64,000 nt of DNA from contig OZ361257.1 in assembly GCA_977018835.1 (NCBI GenBank), positions 5,394,001-5,458,000 of the forward strand, read 5' to 3'. Source of the DNA: Minutocellus sp. GHC0000111. Its lineage: Eukaryota. The translations under genes were made by a program, and so were the position numbers. Shown in pieces: positions 10,628 through 23,600 of this stretch. Under the pieces are notes generated by a model that saw only the letters and a list, made by a program, of their open reading frames with translations, had not been told where the DNA came from and ran no database searches. Positions within the stretch are counted from its first letter, which is position 1. Each line of letters starts with the position of its first letter.

Positions 10628-10949
10628 CTGTAATTCCTTCCGACACCTGTACAATCGAGATCGTGCTATAGAGTTGGTAGGGGGGGTTGATTCTTTGCGC
10701 CGGCGCTTCCTGGAGCGAAATGTCACATATCTTGCTGGGACTAAAGATGTTTTGCCTCTAGCAGGAATGTGTGAAGACGACCTCTTTCAGGGGGGGTGTC
10801 GGCTTGAAAGGGCCCATCGTTATTTCAACTCTTTAGCACTGTTCGGCGCCGGAGAGAAAAATGCTCACCACCAATCACACCAAGTTGCCGGGTCTAACCA
10901 TGACCATACTTTCATGTTTCAATTATCAGTCAAAGAGATTTTTGGATAA
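10628..10949 (+). pseudogene. Alpha/beta-hydrolase, 3' part (continuation of 955-2092)
   Basis: RNVTYLAGTKD...C...QG..RLERA..YF...H...VAGSNHDHTFMF supplies the acid and catalytic His region missing from the 5' part. Confidence 0.75.
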
Positions 10950-10958
10950 AATTATAGA

Positions 10959-12737
10959 CTAAGAACTGGCAGAAGCAGCAGCGAGGGCATAAGCCGCGAT
11001 AGAACCCAGGATAACGCCACTAACCCACAATTCATCGTTGGCTTTAGCGTCTCTCTTGAGCTGCTCCATGTGCTTTCAATTTTTTCTTGGTCATTTCGTC
11101 CTCCTCGTCGTCAGAATCGTCACTTGCGCGCTTTTTCTTCTTCTTGGCTGCAAAGTTGTCGCTTTTTCTCTCGTCTGACAATGTCCCATGCATCCTCCAT
11201 CGATGAAACATTTCACCTGCCTTCCTAGCATTCCCAGCCTGGACTAAGTTATCCTCCGTGCCTCGTACCATCGCCACATCTGCCAAAGCCTGGCTGAGAT
11301 CGTGACAATGCAAGGCTACAGTCTGCATCAGCATAATGGCATCTTTATATTCCGATGTGCGAATCCCAACCCGCCCACTTCCAATTGGAACATGGTTGAA
11401 CGCATTGCTTCCATTAGCTCGATTGTTCCACTGCATCCATTCCTCTTTGGTACCAGCGTCGCTGCCAAAATACATCTCAAAGGTAATTTGAAAGAACTTG
11501 ACCAGGCTTTCGTATTCAGATAAGATGGTAACCAGATGGAGATCGCACAGAGCCTCAGCGAGATGAGCAAAGAGCATAACGTCGACGGTCGTAAGGTGCT
11601 TGGTTCCGAGCAATGTAGTTCCGCTGTTTTTGGCCAGACGAGCATTGAGTGCCGAATAGCACCGCCTCGCCATGGCCACTGCCCGCTCCACACGAACATT
11701 TTCTTCGCCACCAAATAACTCATCCCTCATCGTGGTATTGGACAACTTCAACTCCTTTAGTGACACCATCCTTTCAGACCAAACCTGAAACCAGCTGGCC
11801 CAGTTGAAGAAGCCCCCACGTCTCTTCTTTTCGATGTAGCTGTTCGTACCGTTCGGGTCGAGACAGGCAGCCAAAGATTGGTGATGGTATACCTCATCCC
11901 ACGCATGAAAGTGACCATATCGCAACGCTGACAAAACCACGTTCAGAGTCTGATCAATCATGGCGCTGTATGCCAAAGCGTCGGCCGACTGAGTTGCGTC
12001 CATGTCTTTGTCGAGGTCAATATTGTGATCAGACGTTCGCAGGTAGTCGATGATGTGGCTGCCAGAGGGGACATGGTGCTGTGAGCTGTCCGAAATTGGC
12101 GTGGCGTGAGTTCCAGCCCCGCCTGGGTTGCGCCTCCCGACGAGTGCTGGTGGTCTAGAAGTTGCCGAAGCACCGTCGGCATCTTCACCTGCACTTGCTG
12201 ATGTGAACGAACCGACATCCTTGAGGCAGGGCAGCTTCCCAGCGGCCTCCGATGAATTGTAAGGCGAGTTGATTACAATGTGAGGGATCTTGGCAATACG
12301 GAGGAACAGCTGCTCTTGCCACGCAACTCGGTGCTGATACAAGGTCAATGGTATCGATGGGAAAGGCGTGGCCGATTCCTTGGTACTGACGAATGCAAGA
12401 GCATTCAAAAGAAAGGGGGTGTGAAGTGTGAAGTGAGTGAAGACGGGCCAGAGATGAACTATGCACCATAATACAAGTAAGACGAACGAGATTGGACTCA
12501 CCGCTGAGCGACCACATCCTCCGCATCCCAATCCTCTGGCCTTGCCCTCCAACCGCACGTATCTGCCTCATCGTCGGCACTGACACTGCTGGATGATGTG
12601 TCTTTCCCTCCCCAATGTTCGGTCCATCCCTCCTTCCGAGTGTCGAGGTTGGGCCGATCCCTCCGGAACGAGTCCAGATTGGACACCGACGTGGCGATGG
12701 CCGAGCGGAAGAGGAGGGAGGCGTCGCTGCCGGTCAT
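10959..12737 (-). CDS. Metaxin-like (GST-fold) mitochondrial outer-membrane protein; one intron, two apparent frameshifts
   Basis: GKLPCL, SGSHIIDYL, CYSALNARL...LLGTKHLTTVDVMLFAHLA are metaxin/GST motifs. Intron 12334-12501 (GTGAGT...CAG). Frameshifts near 12562 and 11080. The C-terminal TM (LWVSGVILGSIAAYALAAA) is in another frame. Confidence 0.8.
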
Positions 12738-13011
12738 GGTGGCTACAGCTACGGCTACCACGTACGAGTAGTAAAAAAAATGAGCCGCGATCAGGCGAAG
12801 GACAGACGCATCGCATGCATGTTTGCACTCCTCAATAGAAGTTTCTGGGTAAAGTAGCCTCAACTCTTCAATTAGAAGAGTACTTTTCGTTTCTTGGTGA
12901 CGTCAGGTGCGAACCCGACGTCTTGCTCACCTCTGCACGCACCTCCTCCCGATACCGATCGATGCGGACATATCATCGTCGCTCCTGACATCGACAGCTC
13001 TACTAGCTAGA

Positions 13012-14960
13012 ATGGCGGACGATATTCAAGAGGCGGACATCGATCTGTGGAATCCAGACGACCAGGGGATCGCCCCTGTCCCGACCGTGACGTTCAGCAA
13101 GACGCCTCGGCACGTCAACCGAAGTCGATACTTTGGTGTCGTCGGACGATCCCTCTCTCCGCATGGGCGACGACATGGTGGGCACAGAGCTGATCCCGAT
13201 GCCGATCAAAGCAGCGTCACTGCGCTATCGGTGCGGTTCCGAGCACGTAGTGCATCGCCGCCGCCGCGACCGCCGCCGGTCATCCAGCGATCAAGGCACG
13301 GGGTGGGACGGTGACACCGTCCAACGTAAGCGTTGACGGAGACCACCATTCGCTGGAGGGCAGCCACGGGACGCACAGCACCGATGACGAGAAGCAGGTT
13401 CCGTTCATGAGCCCGGAGGACGTTCCTTTCTTTACATCAGAGGAGGGGCGGAATGTCGAGGAGGTGTATCATGTGCCAGGATATGGCGCTGTTTTGAACA
13501 GGGTAGATCAAAACAGTTCTGGTTTTTTCATGGGTGATGATTTGATCGGCGATGCGAACAATGAAGAGGCGCAGGCACAAGAGCCACCCCGGAGCGCCAA
13601 GGAGCTGTGGATGAAAATGAGGGACCGCATAAAGCGGGGCTCGTTTATGGTTCATTCGTTTTCAGACCACAACAGGTCCTTGGCAGGCGACGATGGAGAA
13701 TTACTTGATGATGGTGCGTCGGCCCATGGCAGCATCTTTAGTGGGTACGAAGGTGGTAGTGTTATTGGAAAGGAAGATACGAGAAGATCGGCCGTCTCGA
13801 CGGCTTTTGGCGACCTAGATCTGCCATACGAAATCACTTTGGTGGAATGTGCTTTAGCAATTATCCTCTACCTTGTCATCGGCGTTATTGGGTACTCGTT
13901 TGTATTTGAGAATTGGAGCATCGTCGATTCCCTCTACTTCACAATTGTCACCGGCACGTTGGTAGGCTTTGGGGATATTGTTCCATCTTCTCATGCGTCC
14001 AAGATATTCACGTCCATTTTTGCAATGACGAGCATCGTATTTTTCGGTCTCGTGATTGGCGTGTTGGGAAGTCGATTGGCAGAGTACCAAGTTAGTGCGG
14101 TGGAGAATGCAAATAAAGAAATGACGAAGAAGGTGACCGGATTCTTTCGACTCAAGAAGAAACGTGGACAGGGCCAGCCATTGTCATCGGGCCTCTTTAG
14201 CCGAACCAATAGCACCGAATCTCTTATGAGTTTGACCAGCAATGCGAGTTATACATCCCTCGAATCTCTTGAGTCGTTGCAGGCAGATGAAGCCGAGTTG
14301 TCCAAGAAAGATCTTTTCAAGAAACGAATTCTGGATGAGCATGCTCGGTGGTATATGTCTATGCTGTCTTTGTTGTGCCGATTTCTACCGGCACTGATAC
14401 CTATTGTGCTTGCATCATTTCTCTTTGCCTACCTCGAAGATTGGCACTACGTGGACGCATGCTACTTTTTTGTCTCGACAAGTGCAACGATTGGTTATGG
14501 AGATGTTGTTCCGCAGTCTACTTCCATGAAAGTATTTGCTATTTTCTTTATTCCGCTGGCTGTTGGGGCTGTTGGGCATACATTTGGTACAGTAGCCAAC
14601 TTCATTGTGGAACGCAGGCGTGCAGTATATCAGAAACGTGTCTGGTCTCAGGAATTAAAGGTGGGCGATCTTCAGATAGTGGACTGGGATCGAGACGGCG
14701 AGGTGAGCAAGTTGGATTACGTTGAGTTCATGGTACTTACATTGAAGAAGGTCGATCCTGACCTGCTCAATGAGCTGCATCAGCAATTCGATCAGCTCGA
14801 TACAAACAGATCTGGAAGCCTGACCAAACAAGATCTCGAGCGGCTTGCCAAGAAACGATTGAAACGAGTTCGTCACAAACTCAAATTGAGCAGCTACAAA
14901 TACGAGCTACTTCACAAGAATCGAGAAAATAGTATCAATAGGCAAGATAATAATGTTTAA
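13012..14960 (+). CDS. Two-pore (TPK/KCO-type) potassium channel with C-terminal EF-hands
   Basis: Two pore loops TLVGFGD and TIGYGD, four TM helices, EF-hand loops DWDRDGEVSKLD and DTNRSGSLTKQD. The N-terminal 300 bp is split over frames. Confidence 0.92.
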
Positions 14961-15040
14961 ATTCAAGTTATGCGCACAAAACAATCCAAGAATGCAAGAT
15001 AAATCTACTGTATATCCAGCCCGCGCTAGCTAGCTTCAGC

Positions 15041-16096
15041 TCAGGGATGAAACAGAGGCACATATCGCACCCCGAGCAAATTCTTGATCACATAATCGCC
15101 TTCATCAAACTTTGGAGAGTCCTTCACCTTTTCCACCTTGTAGAGACTTTGGACCCCTCCGACTGGCCCTACTGGAATGACCATGATTCCACCAACAGCA
15201 AGTTGTCTCATTAGAGACTTCGGAAAAGTTGCTGCAGCTGCCCCAACGTGAATGGCATTGAAAGGACCTGCATCCGGCAAACCCTCCCATCCATCGCCAT
15301 ACTGCAACGAAACGGTACCAGAATCGAATAAATCCGAGTCTTCCTTCATCATGTTGGCCCGGGAGAAGTCCACAAGCTCGCTCCAGGCATCAATACCATA
15401 AACGCGGCCCTTGGCGGGAAGGATCGGTCCTTTGGGCCCACGATCGACTAGCCGACCAAAGCACGCGGTTAGATAGCCACTACCACAGCCAACATCAAGT
15501 ATCCTGAGCTCATCGTCAGGATGTTCTAGCGCAGCCTTTTGTAGTGTGGGCATAAGTTCCTCCAGAGCATGGGCATGCATATGAGGCGCCGAAATCGTTT
15601 GACCGTATCCAATGGGCTGGGGCGAGTCGACGTAAGCACCACTTCGACCACCGGCATAGTTGGCTCGGTCAACTTTGATCATGGCCTCCTGGGTGGGTTT
15701 GTGCTTGATGATCCCGGCCTGGAAAAAGATATGAAATGTAATGGGTGTGCGAAGATACTATTGGGTAAGTGTGTGATCAAATTGTAGTACAGATAACAAT
15801 CCACAAACAAAGTAATTCATTGGCCACGATTATTGATATCAACTTACCGATGCCAACTTATCGACCATTTCCTTCTGAGTTCGTCCATGACAGGTCCAGG
15901 CACGCATCTTCACCTCACTTCGTGGGCTGGTCTGGACACGATCGATGAATTGCTGGACTGATGGAGATGGCGGGGGTTCGTTATGGGGCACGAACGATGC
16001 CGCCTGGGCTGATGCCGATGCAAAGATTAATAAATTGAGAACAAGATGCAAGAGAGTGTGCTTTGGTGCCGATTTGTGGGCAGGATGAGTCGTCAT
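15041..16096 (-). CDS. PCMT1: Protein-L-isoaspartate O-methyltransferase, one intron (15719-15847)
   Basis: MRAWTCHG, PQPIGYGQTISAPHMHA, ILDVGCGSGYL, GDGWEG, FNAIHVGAAA, GVRYVPL. Confidence 0.95.
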
Positions 16097-16628
16097 GTCA
16101 CTTTGGTGCTTTGAGCAATGATATGTGTTTGGCGTCAAGCAAACCGCGCCACCGGCGCAAATCTTCGAAAAGGATTCGGCTTCGCTAGTTTCTATTATAC
16201 GTCATTATGTGACGAAAAAGAAGCAGGCTCTTGCGAAATTTCTTGGTAGGCAGCCATTGTTTGGGGGAAGCCTCGCCGCCTCGCTCGCTCGCCATCGCCA
16301 CCAACAAAAATGCCGCTGTGCCGATGACGTACAACCCTGGACCGCCCAACCCATAATAATCTACGGAGCGAAGCACAAAGGAAGTGATAACGTTGGTTTA
16401 TCATTCGTTCCTTCCATCGTTCTTACTTCTCTTCCAAAAGAGAGGGTGCTTCCAAAAGCTAGCACAAGTGAAAACAAGCAGGGAAAACTGCTCTCGCACC
16501 TTCGCCGCCCTCAATCTTTGGCTTGAGACTTGACCTGTGTGCGTGAAAGTATTGGTGGAGATTGAACTCTTTCCAGCTAACTGACACGCGTGCAGCACCA
16601 CTCGGTCAAAACTCAAAATATAACCAAT

Positions 16629-18328
16629 ATGCACAAGCGACCTCATTCTACGTCGGAGGATCGGTCGCCGCTGAACGGCGGCGGCGGCATGGGCGCAAGT
16701 CCTGGCCGGCCAGCCTCCTCGTTCGGTAACGGGAATGCTCCTTCCCACTTGGCCTCCCGATATGTCGTTACGACCAAGAGCGGATGCGTCCGTCGATGGC
16801 TCATGTCCTCGGCGATATCTGTCGATTCCAACGAAGTTCGGGTCGATATGGATGCCCTGTGCGCACGTGTCTTCCGTCTTGTGGTTTTGCTGGTCGGAAT
16901 TGTCGGGAGCATTCTGTACTTTGGACCGGGGATGGACCTCATCACCATTGGCGGCGGTGGCATTCGCCTTTCCTCTCCGTCGGACGCTCCTGCGCTGTTC
17001 CAAACTCCAGTGGCTGGAGGGATCTTCCAGGAACGACCCTTGCCCAATCCACCCCCGGAGGAGCTCATTCAGAGACGCAGCAAGCTGTGGGAGGAAGAGG
17101 AGGAGGAATCGTGCCGCTTCCCCTCCTTCATGAATCAGGACGAGACCTTTTACAACATGGAGAAGGGCAATTGGGCCATGGAATACGGCGACCAGCAACG
17201 CAAGGGACACTTTCGCTACAGGCTCAAGTATGCCCGAGAGCGCCACTCGGCGGGTCTGGCCAAGGACATTGAGGCCAACAATGCTACCGGGAAGAAGTCC
17301 ATCAGCTTCCTTCACATTGGCAAGGCCGGTGGATCCAGTCTCAGCTGCAGCATTCGCGGAGCCTTGCCCTATGCGTACCATTGCCCCAAATATTCCGGCC
17401 GGCAAGAAACGGTGGTAGGATTCCCGCTGAATGGAGATATCGAAGGAGAGCTATCGAAGATGGTCAACTGCTACGTCCACTACGACTTTCGAACGCATTG
17501 CTTTGACAATCCGACGCTCATGCTCAACATTCGCAATCCCATCGATCGGATAGCGTCTTGGTATCACTACGAGCACATTGAGAACATGGACGTGCTTTGG
17601 GGCAACCGCATCAAATCCTGCGGTCAGCAGATGCTCTTCAAGTGCTACAATAGCTTTCATGATCTTGCCGAGTATGGTCTGGCCGGAACTCGTCCCCCGC
17701 CGACGCAATTGCTGCACGTTAAGCGCAATGCCAGCGAGGATGTTTGCCGCCATTGGGCCTGGGCTGTGGTGCAGGGCACTGCGCCAGCATCCTTCCACAA
17801 TATCTGGAACAATGATTGGTGAGTTTATTTTTTAAGCAAGGAGACTGTGCTTTGATAGAGTTTGCATCATTCAATTTCTGTTGCCGCTGGATGTGCATCC
17901 ATTGCTGATACTCATTGATATCTTTTACCCCATTCTCAATCCATACTTTCTTTTGCAGGTATGGAAGCCCGGCACTTGCCTTTGTTAGAGAAATTATCGT
18001 CTTCCGAGCGAAGCACAACGATGAGGATTGGAAGCGAGTAGACATTTTGCTGGGAGGAAATGGTACCGTCCCTTCGCAGATGCATGCGAATGATGCCAGC
18101 AAGAAGAAGATTCCAGTGAATAACAAGACAATTTCCGAACAGGGGCATCTTAACATGTGCAGGGCACTTTGCCACGAGATTCAGGTGTATAAGCAACTGA
18201 TGAATGCCGCCATCAACCTCAACGAGGACGATGTGAAGGAAAGTCTGACTGAGCTCAACTGTCCTGATGATATGACTCCAGAGATTCGATCCTGCCCCCA
18301 AAACTATTTTGATTACTATGTAGAATAG
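16629..18328 (+). CDS. Sulfotransferase-like type II membrane protein, one intron (17819-17958)
   Basis: N-terminal TM, FLHIGKAGGSS (5'-PSB-like) and RNPIDRIASWYHY (3'-PB-like). The GT-AG intron restores the frame. Confidence 0.8.
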
Positions 18329-18409
18329 AGCGCAGCATCCTTAAAAGAGAAATTAATGAATGAGTGCTTAATTAATCAGAAGAGGAATCTAAGCGCTATA
18401 TCTTTACGC

Positions 18410-19318
18410 TCAGATCGAACATCGGATTAAAACCGTTGGTTCCTTCATTTTTTCCTCGTGGTCTTTACTGTCCAATGTTCCTCCGCGAGCACCAACAGCT
18501 GGTAAGGGCAAGTCTATTACGTCCATCTGAAAAGAATCTTTCGACTTGCATGCATCAGCGAGTGTATCTTTCAGCTTCTGTCTGGCACCCTCGAACCTTT
18601 CTTGTAGAGGGTCAGAAACCAGCACAACTCCCCCATCGGAGAGAATGCTGGCGCAGGCATATGCAAATGCCTCGATAGTTTCGCCATCGTAGAGCACATC
18701 ACTCGCAACAATGACATCAGCCCTATGTTCTCGCAAACTTTCTTCGTCGGTCCAATCCAATAGGGCGCCCTGTACTTTATCGGAAAGGTCATTGCATGCT
18801 GCAGTTGCCAGAGCGCAATGTAGCGCAAACGGCTCTCGATCTGATAACGTGACACTTGCTGCACCGAGTGCCGCCGAGGTAAGACCACATAGACCTAAAC
18901 CAGCGCCGAGTTCCACAACTCGCGTGTTTTGCACTATTGAGGGATCGGCCAATAAGTGGTTGGTGAGCGACACGGCCGTCGGCCATAGAACGCCCCAGCT
19001 TGGGTCTGCATCAGGTAGGTTTTGTGTGTAGTAGTACCATTCAAAAAGATCTTCCACATTTGGAGGCTTTATCAGCTCCGATAACAAGCTGGTACCGTCG
19101 GCGGTGGGAGATGGACAAGAGCATGGCACAGATATCATCGGTGGAAGTGTTAAAGATCCAGTAGACAGGGTCTCGGCATTGTTCAGCTGGAGAAAAAAGT
19201 TTGATGGGGTGACCACTCGTGCTGACGATGAGAAAGAAAAACTCAATGGGAGAAAGGATAAAACTGCAGCCGCAAAAGCGAAAGCGGTCAGGGAGTTTGA
19301 GGGAGTAGAAAGAGCCAT
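18410..19318 (-). CDS. Family-16 (METTL21/lysine) methyltransferase with an N-terminal targeting peptide
   Basis: [35 protein letters not shown]. The start codon is either 19318 or 19363. Confidence 0.88.
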   Translation of the reverse strand: MALSTPSNSLTAFAFAAAVLSFLPLSFSFSSSARVVTPSNFFLQLNNAETLSTGSLTLPPMISVPCSCPSPTADGTSLLSELIKPPNVEDLFEWYYYTQNLPDADPSWGVLWPTAVSLTNHLLADPSIVQNTRVVELGAGLGLCGLTSAALGAASVTLSDREPFALHCALATAACNDLSDKVQGALLDWTDEESLREHRADVIVASDVLYDGETIEAFAYACASILSDGGVVLVSDPLQERFEGARQKLKDTLADACKSKDSFQMDVIDLPLPAVGARGGTLDSKDHEEKMKEPTVLIRCSI

Positions 19319-19361
19319 GATGTTGTTCCGGTTGTAAGCTTGGGGTAGGAAGATTGAAGAC

Positions 19362-20682
19362 ATGTGTCAGTGGCTGACTGCTGCTGCTTTTGCTTGCGGA
19401 AGTTTTGCTGCCCAACAATTATGCCCCACGACCATCACTTGCCACGATCTCGCCGTCTGGCCGCCAGTCAGACGTTCAAGTCAGGTTGCGAGCTCTGAGA
19501 CGCGACGCTGGCGTGACGCACGCACGCACAGAACAAAAGCAACCACGACGACCCTACGAGTATCGTCGTCCCTGCTGCTACTATGGACGGCGGGCCACCT
19601 CGGCAACGCCTTTCAGCCTTTGCGTTTGACCAGGAAACACGCCGCTTCTTCTTTTGCCTTGGAAGCAGCGGGTGGTGGCTTCGGTGCCGGCGCCTCATCG
19701 TCTCGGCCATCCAAAAGAAAGAACAAAAGCAAGGGAGGAGGTGCCAGGGGAGGGTTTGGTGTCAAGAATGAGCCCAAAGAGCCACCGGCCACCGTTGCAA
19801 CTACTGGCGCTGATCTAGTGAAGGCCTACGAGGCAACGACCAGAGGTCGCGAACTGCAGTCCAAGGGAGCGCTCAATGCAGCCATTGCCTCCTTCACAGA
19901 GGCACTGGAACTTCATCCGACGGTAGATCGGCAGTTTAACTTGGCCATGGCGTTGGAGGAGAATGGCGAACCACAGAGAGCGATTGAAATGTATGAGCTC
20001 GCACAACAGAACGACGCGGCCGATCCAATACTGAGCCATGATGTTGAACTCAAGCTTGCTCATCTCTGGGCACATGATCTAGGAGACGTGAAAAGAGGCA
20101 TCAGCCATGTTGATAATGCCTTGGAGACAGTAGGATATGAACACACACCAGAGAGCAATGCTATTGCATGGTATCAAAAGGCGTTCTTTGTTGCCGACGA
20201 AGGAAGGCTCGACGAAGCTATCTTTCTTTGGGACTCTTGTATCGAATCAATGGAACAAGCCAACGGTGATGATGATGGCAGTGAAGGAAACGAAGAAGCA
20301 ATGCAAGATGCAGAGGAACGGTTACAAATGGCAAAGTTTTACAGGTCTATGGCGCATGGTCTTCTTCATGGGGATCGAAATGCAGTTTCGGTGTCTGTCG
20401 ACCAATATTTGAGAGATAGCTGGAAATACACCATGTCACACTATCCTTCCGAGCTTTTGGAAAGGAACCCGCAGGGGCGGATATTCGCCGGGACCCACAC
20501 AATGCTTGATGAGGCGCTGCGTATGGCTCGACCCGATGGCATAGTGGCTGAATTTGGGGTGTTCCACGGCAAATCCATTCGTCTCATCTCTGAAATGGTT
20601 GGACTCAACAATCCGGTCGATGGATTTGATACTTTTACAGGCATACCGGAACAATGGGGTGAGGAAGAAGCGGGAAATTATT
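19362..20682 (+). pseudogene. TPR + class I (TylF/Methyltransf_24-like) methyltransferase, 3'-truncated
   Basis: TPR helices, then AEFGVFHGKSIR and GFDTFTGIPEQW. The domain stops after motif II, where the sequence becomes the antisense of the WDR59-like gene. Confidence 0.7.
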
Positions 20683-23600
20683 GTGGAGGTCTCTTCCCAT
20701 GTGCTCAACAGTTTGGCCGAGCAATGGCCAAGTATCAGCTTTGTCTTTCTGCTTGAGATCCATGCAGACAGCGGCATTGTAGATGCATAGCTCTACAGTC
20801 AAATCGCACTGCTTTAGGAAAAAATCAGACAATCTTTCGACTTGGGCGACCATTCGGACTCCGAGAAAGTCTGCGTCGATGGTGCTATTGTTGGTGTTTG
20901 TTGTATCGGTAAGGGATTCTCGACTACTTCGCATCGGAGTGCGCGGCCGAGCTCTAGTGACTGGAAGCATATTCTGATCAGGCGGGATCACAGCGATATC
21001 GTCGGGTGATGGAGAGTAGAACAGGCTATTGAATCCATCTGACATACTACTCGAATGTCCTGCCTCCTCCTTCATCCTTGTGAGTGGGGGCGGGAGCGGG
21101 GCAGTTTCTGATAGCGCATGCTGAATGATGGGGAAGGATTTGGACGGAGAAAGAGGCGATGGGGGTTCCTTGTTTGCATGCGTGGCGGCTGCATCTCTCT
21201 TGGAAGGGTTCATACTAAACCGCCGCCCCATTGATGATAGGGACGGAAACAATGGACGCGTTGTGATTTTGTTCTTTGTTTTGTCTATAAAAATGGTACG
21301 TCGTGAAATAATCCATGGGATAGTAACGGGTTAAGCAAGGTCAACTTTGTAACTATTTCGTGATGGGAAGAAAAGATATGCATAGAATTCAAAAAGAGAA
21401 ACTTACCCTCTTCTTTCGGGCTGACTCGGTGAACGACCTTTTGCTCTGGCTCTTCTATCCAACCCCACCCATCGCTACTTAAGCTTACACGAGAACCGGA
21501 CAAGGCGGTAGAGCTCACCAGAGAACGAAGCATGCCTTCATCATGATAAACTTGACCCCATGGGCCAACTTCCATGCTATCAGCGAGTTCCGGACACTGG
21601 CCGTTCATTATGAGAAAGTCATAATTTTGAGTGAAGGTAACAACAGGAGCAAGATGGTCCGTTGCTGGATTCAAGAAGGCATCGTCAGGCCCAGTGCCCG
21701 ACGTTGATTTTCTTGTAGAACTCCGTTTCGACGAACGGCTCGCTTGCTGGAGGGCGGATGAAGCTGAAGAGACGGTGCCCTTTTCCTTGGTGGTAGGAGG
21801 TAGAGATGATCTACCGCTGGCTGTTGTTGCGAGAGTGAGTGCACCAGCACTAGAATGCCTAGCATCATCTTCAGCGTATCCGTCATCTCCGCCAGAAGTT
21901 GTCTGTTGAAGAAAGAAAGATTCAAACTCTTCTGAGCCATCGCTGGAGGAAGAAGACGAAGAACTTGAGGAGTCGTCCGATCCTACGGAGGATTCGTCGT
22001 CACTCTGGCCGCTATCCTCGTCGGCATCGTCCACCCCCCACTGTGCAATCTTTGCTGCAGCGTTCATCCTCATGAGATCAAGCATCTTTCTCGGACATTG
22101 CTGCGATTTGTCGCTGTCTGCCTTCGGTTTTCGGACTTTGTTATCGGCCTTGCTCATTTGGTGCTTGCCTGCATCTCTACCCGACTGTTGTTCCGCCTGA
22201 AACCAGGTCCACTGGCGTCGAACGTCACCATTCGAGAAAATGATCATGCCGCCGCCGCCCCTGCCAAAGGTAGCACCGCATAATCTTGGACAAGGAACGT
22301 TCATCGCTCTGAAAGGATCCACTGTCGATGTTCTGGATCCTGACGCAACACCTTGTGGTTCCATATTGTCGCCCTTGGCAACCGCATCGGCGGCATTGGC
22401 AGGTGATTTGGCTACACCTTCAGTCGGTGTAGCAGCGTTGGGAGCGACATCGCCCGCCACGTCCAGCTCAAATTGAAATAAAGCACCTTCAACCCCACGG
22501 GATATGCTTGTAACTGCTTCAGGGAGGCTTTCCTGTTCTTGAACTGGCAGGTTAGATGATCGCCCATACGCGTAGGCATCCTCGGGGGTAATGTTCGAGA
22601 GCTCGGAGGCCTGCATGGCACCCCTGCCTTCGACATGCTGACTGCTATCTGGGCGAGATAATTTGAGTGGCCCTTCATCTCGCAGATCCTCAAAGTTCTT
22701 TCGGTGCAGATTTGGGTCTGAGCTGGGTCGATACATTCGGCTTTGTTGATTCATAAAGTCAGCATCAGTCCGAACCATGCGCTGAGCGTTGACTTTTCGC
22801 CTAGGTGAAGAATACAAAGTACTGGAAGAACCGACAGCTTCTAACACTCCTCTTGTTGGGATGGCTTCAGAGACAACATGAGTAGTAAGGAAACCTGAGC
22901 TGCCCAGACAACAAAGGAGGAGCTCCGAATAGTCACTCTGACCATGGTCCGCTTGAACTGATGGTGCTCCAACTGCTAGGTCGGCTTGGATTAGATATCC
23001 AAGATCTGATGATCCGCCTAGCACCTGTCGTAATGCATCATTGCACTTATTGCCACCTTGGAAAGATCCCTCCAGTTTCGCTCCGAATACACCGCCAGTA
23101 ATCATCAAATCTTCGTCCGACGTATTCTGGCTCTCGGATAGAGCCCAATAATCCGCTTTCCAGCCACCGTCTTGTTCCGCTCCAATAGTGACCACGGCAT
23201 TGCCATACGGATGGGGTACGACCCGAGCTGCACTAAGAGCTCCCGATGACGACCCAAACGTCGCTGTGAGCTCAAAATGGCGAGAATCATTGCCGGATGC
23301 ATCGAGTGCAGCATCGACAGCGGCCGCCACTTCCGGCCGAGGACTCCAATAGTCATCGGTGACAATCTCGCTGGAATCGTTGGGATCACGGTGTCCTTCC
23401 CTCCATGCCTTCACTGCGCCTTCGGCGTCGTAGGAATCAAAGCCCCATGTCAACCAGCCACGACGACCTTCGGTCGACAGAGGTAAGCGGGAGATCCCAA
23501 CTCCAGATGAATCGTGTGCGTAGAAGGCGTGCAGCGGGTGATCGGAATTCGTATGCTGACCTTTGCTTTGTTGGTGGTGTGATCCACCCATCCGAGTATC

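Noticed and set aside
19360..19364. Two divergent ORFs sharing one CATG start
   Set aside because: The true starts are uncertain (19318 is equally plausible); likely an ORF-calling coincidence.
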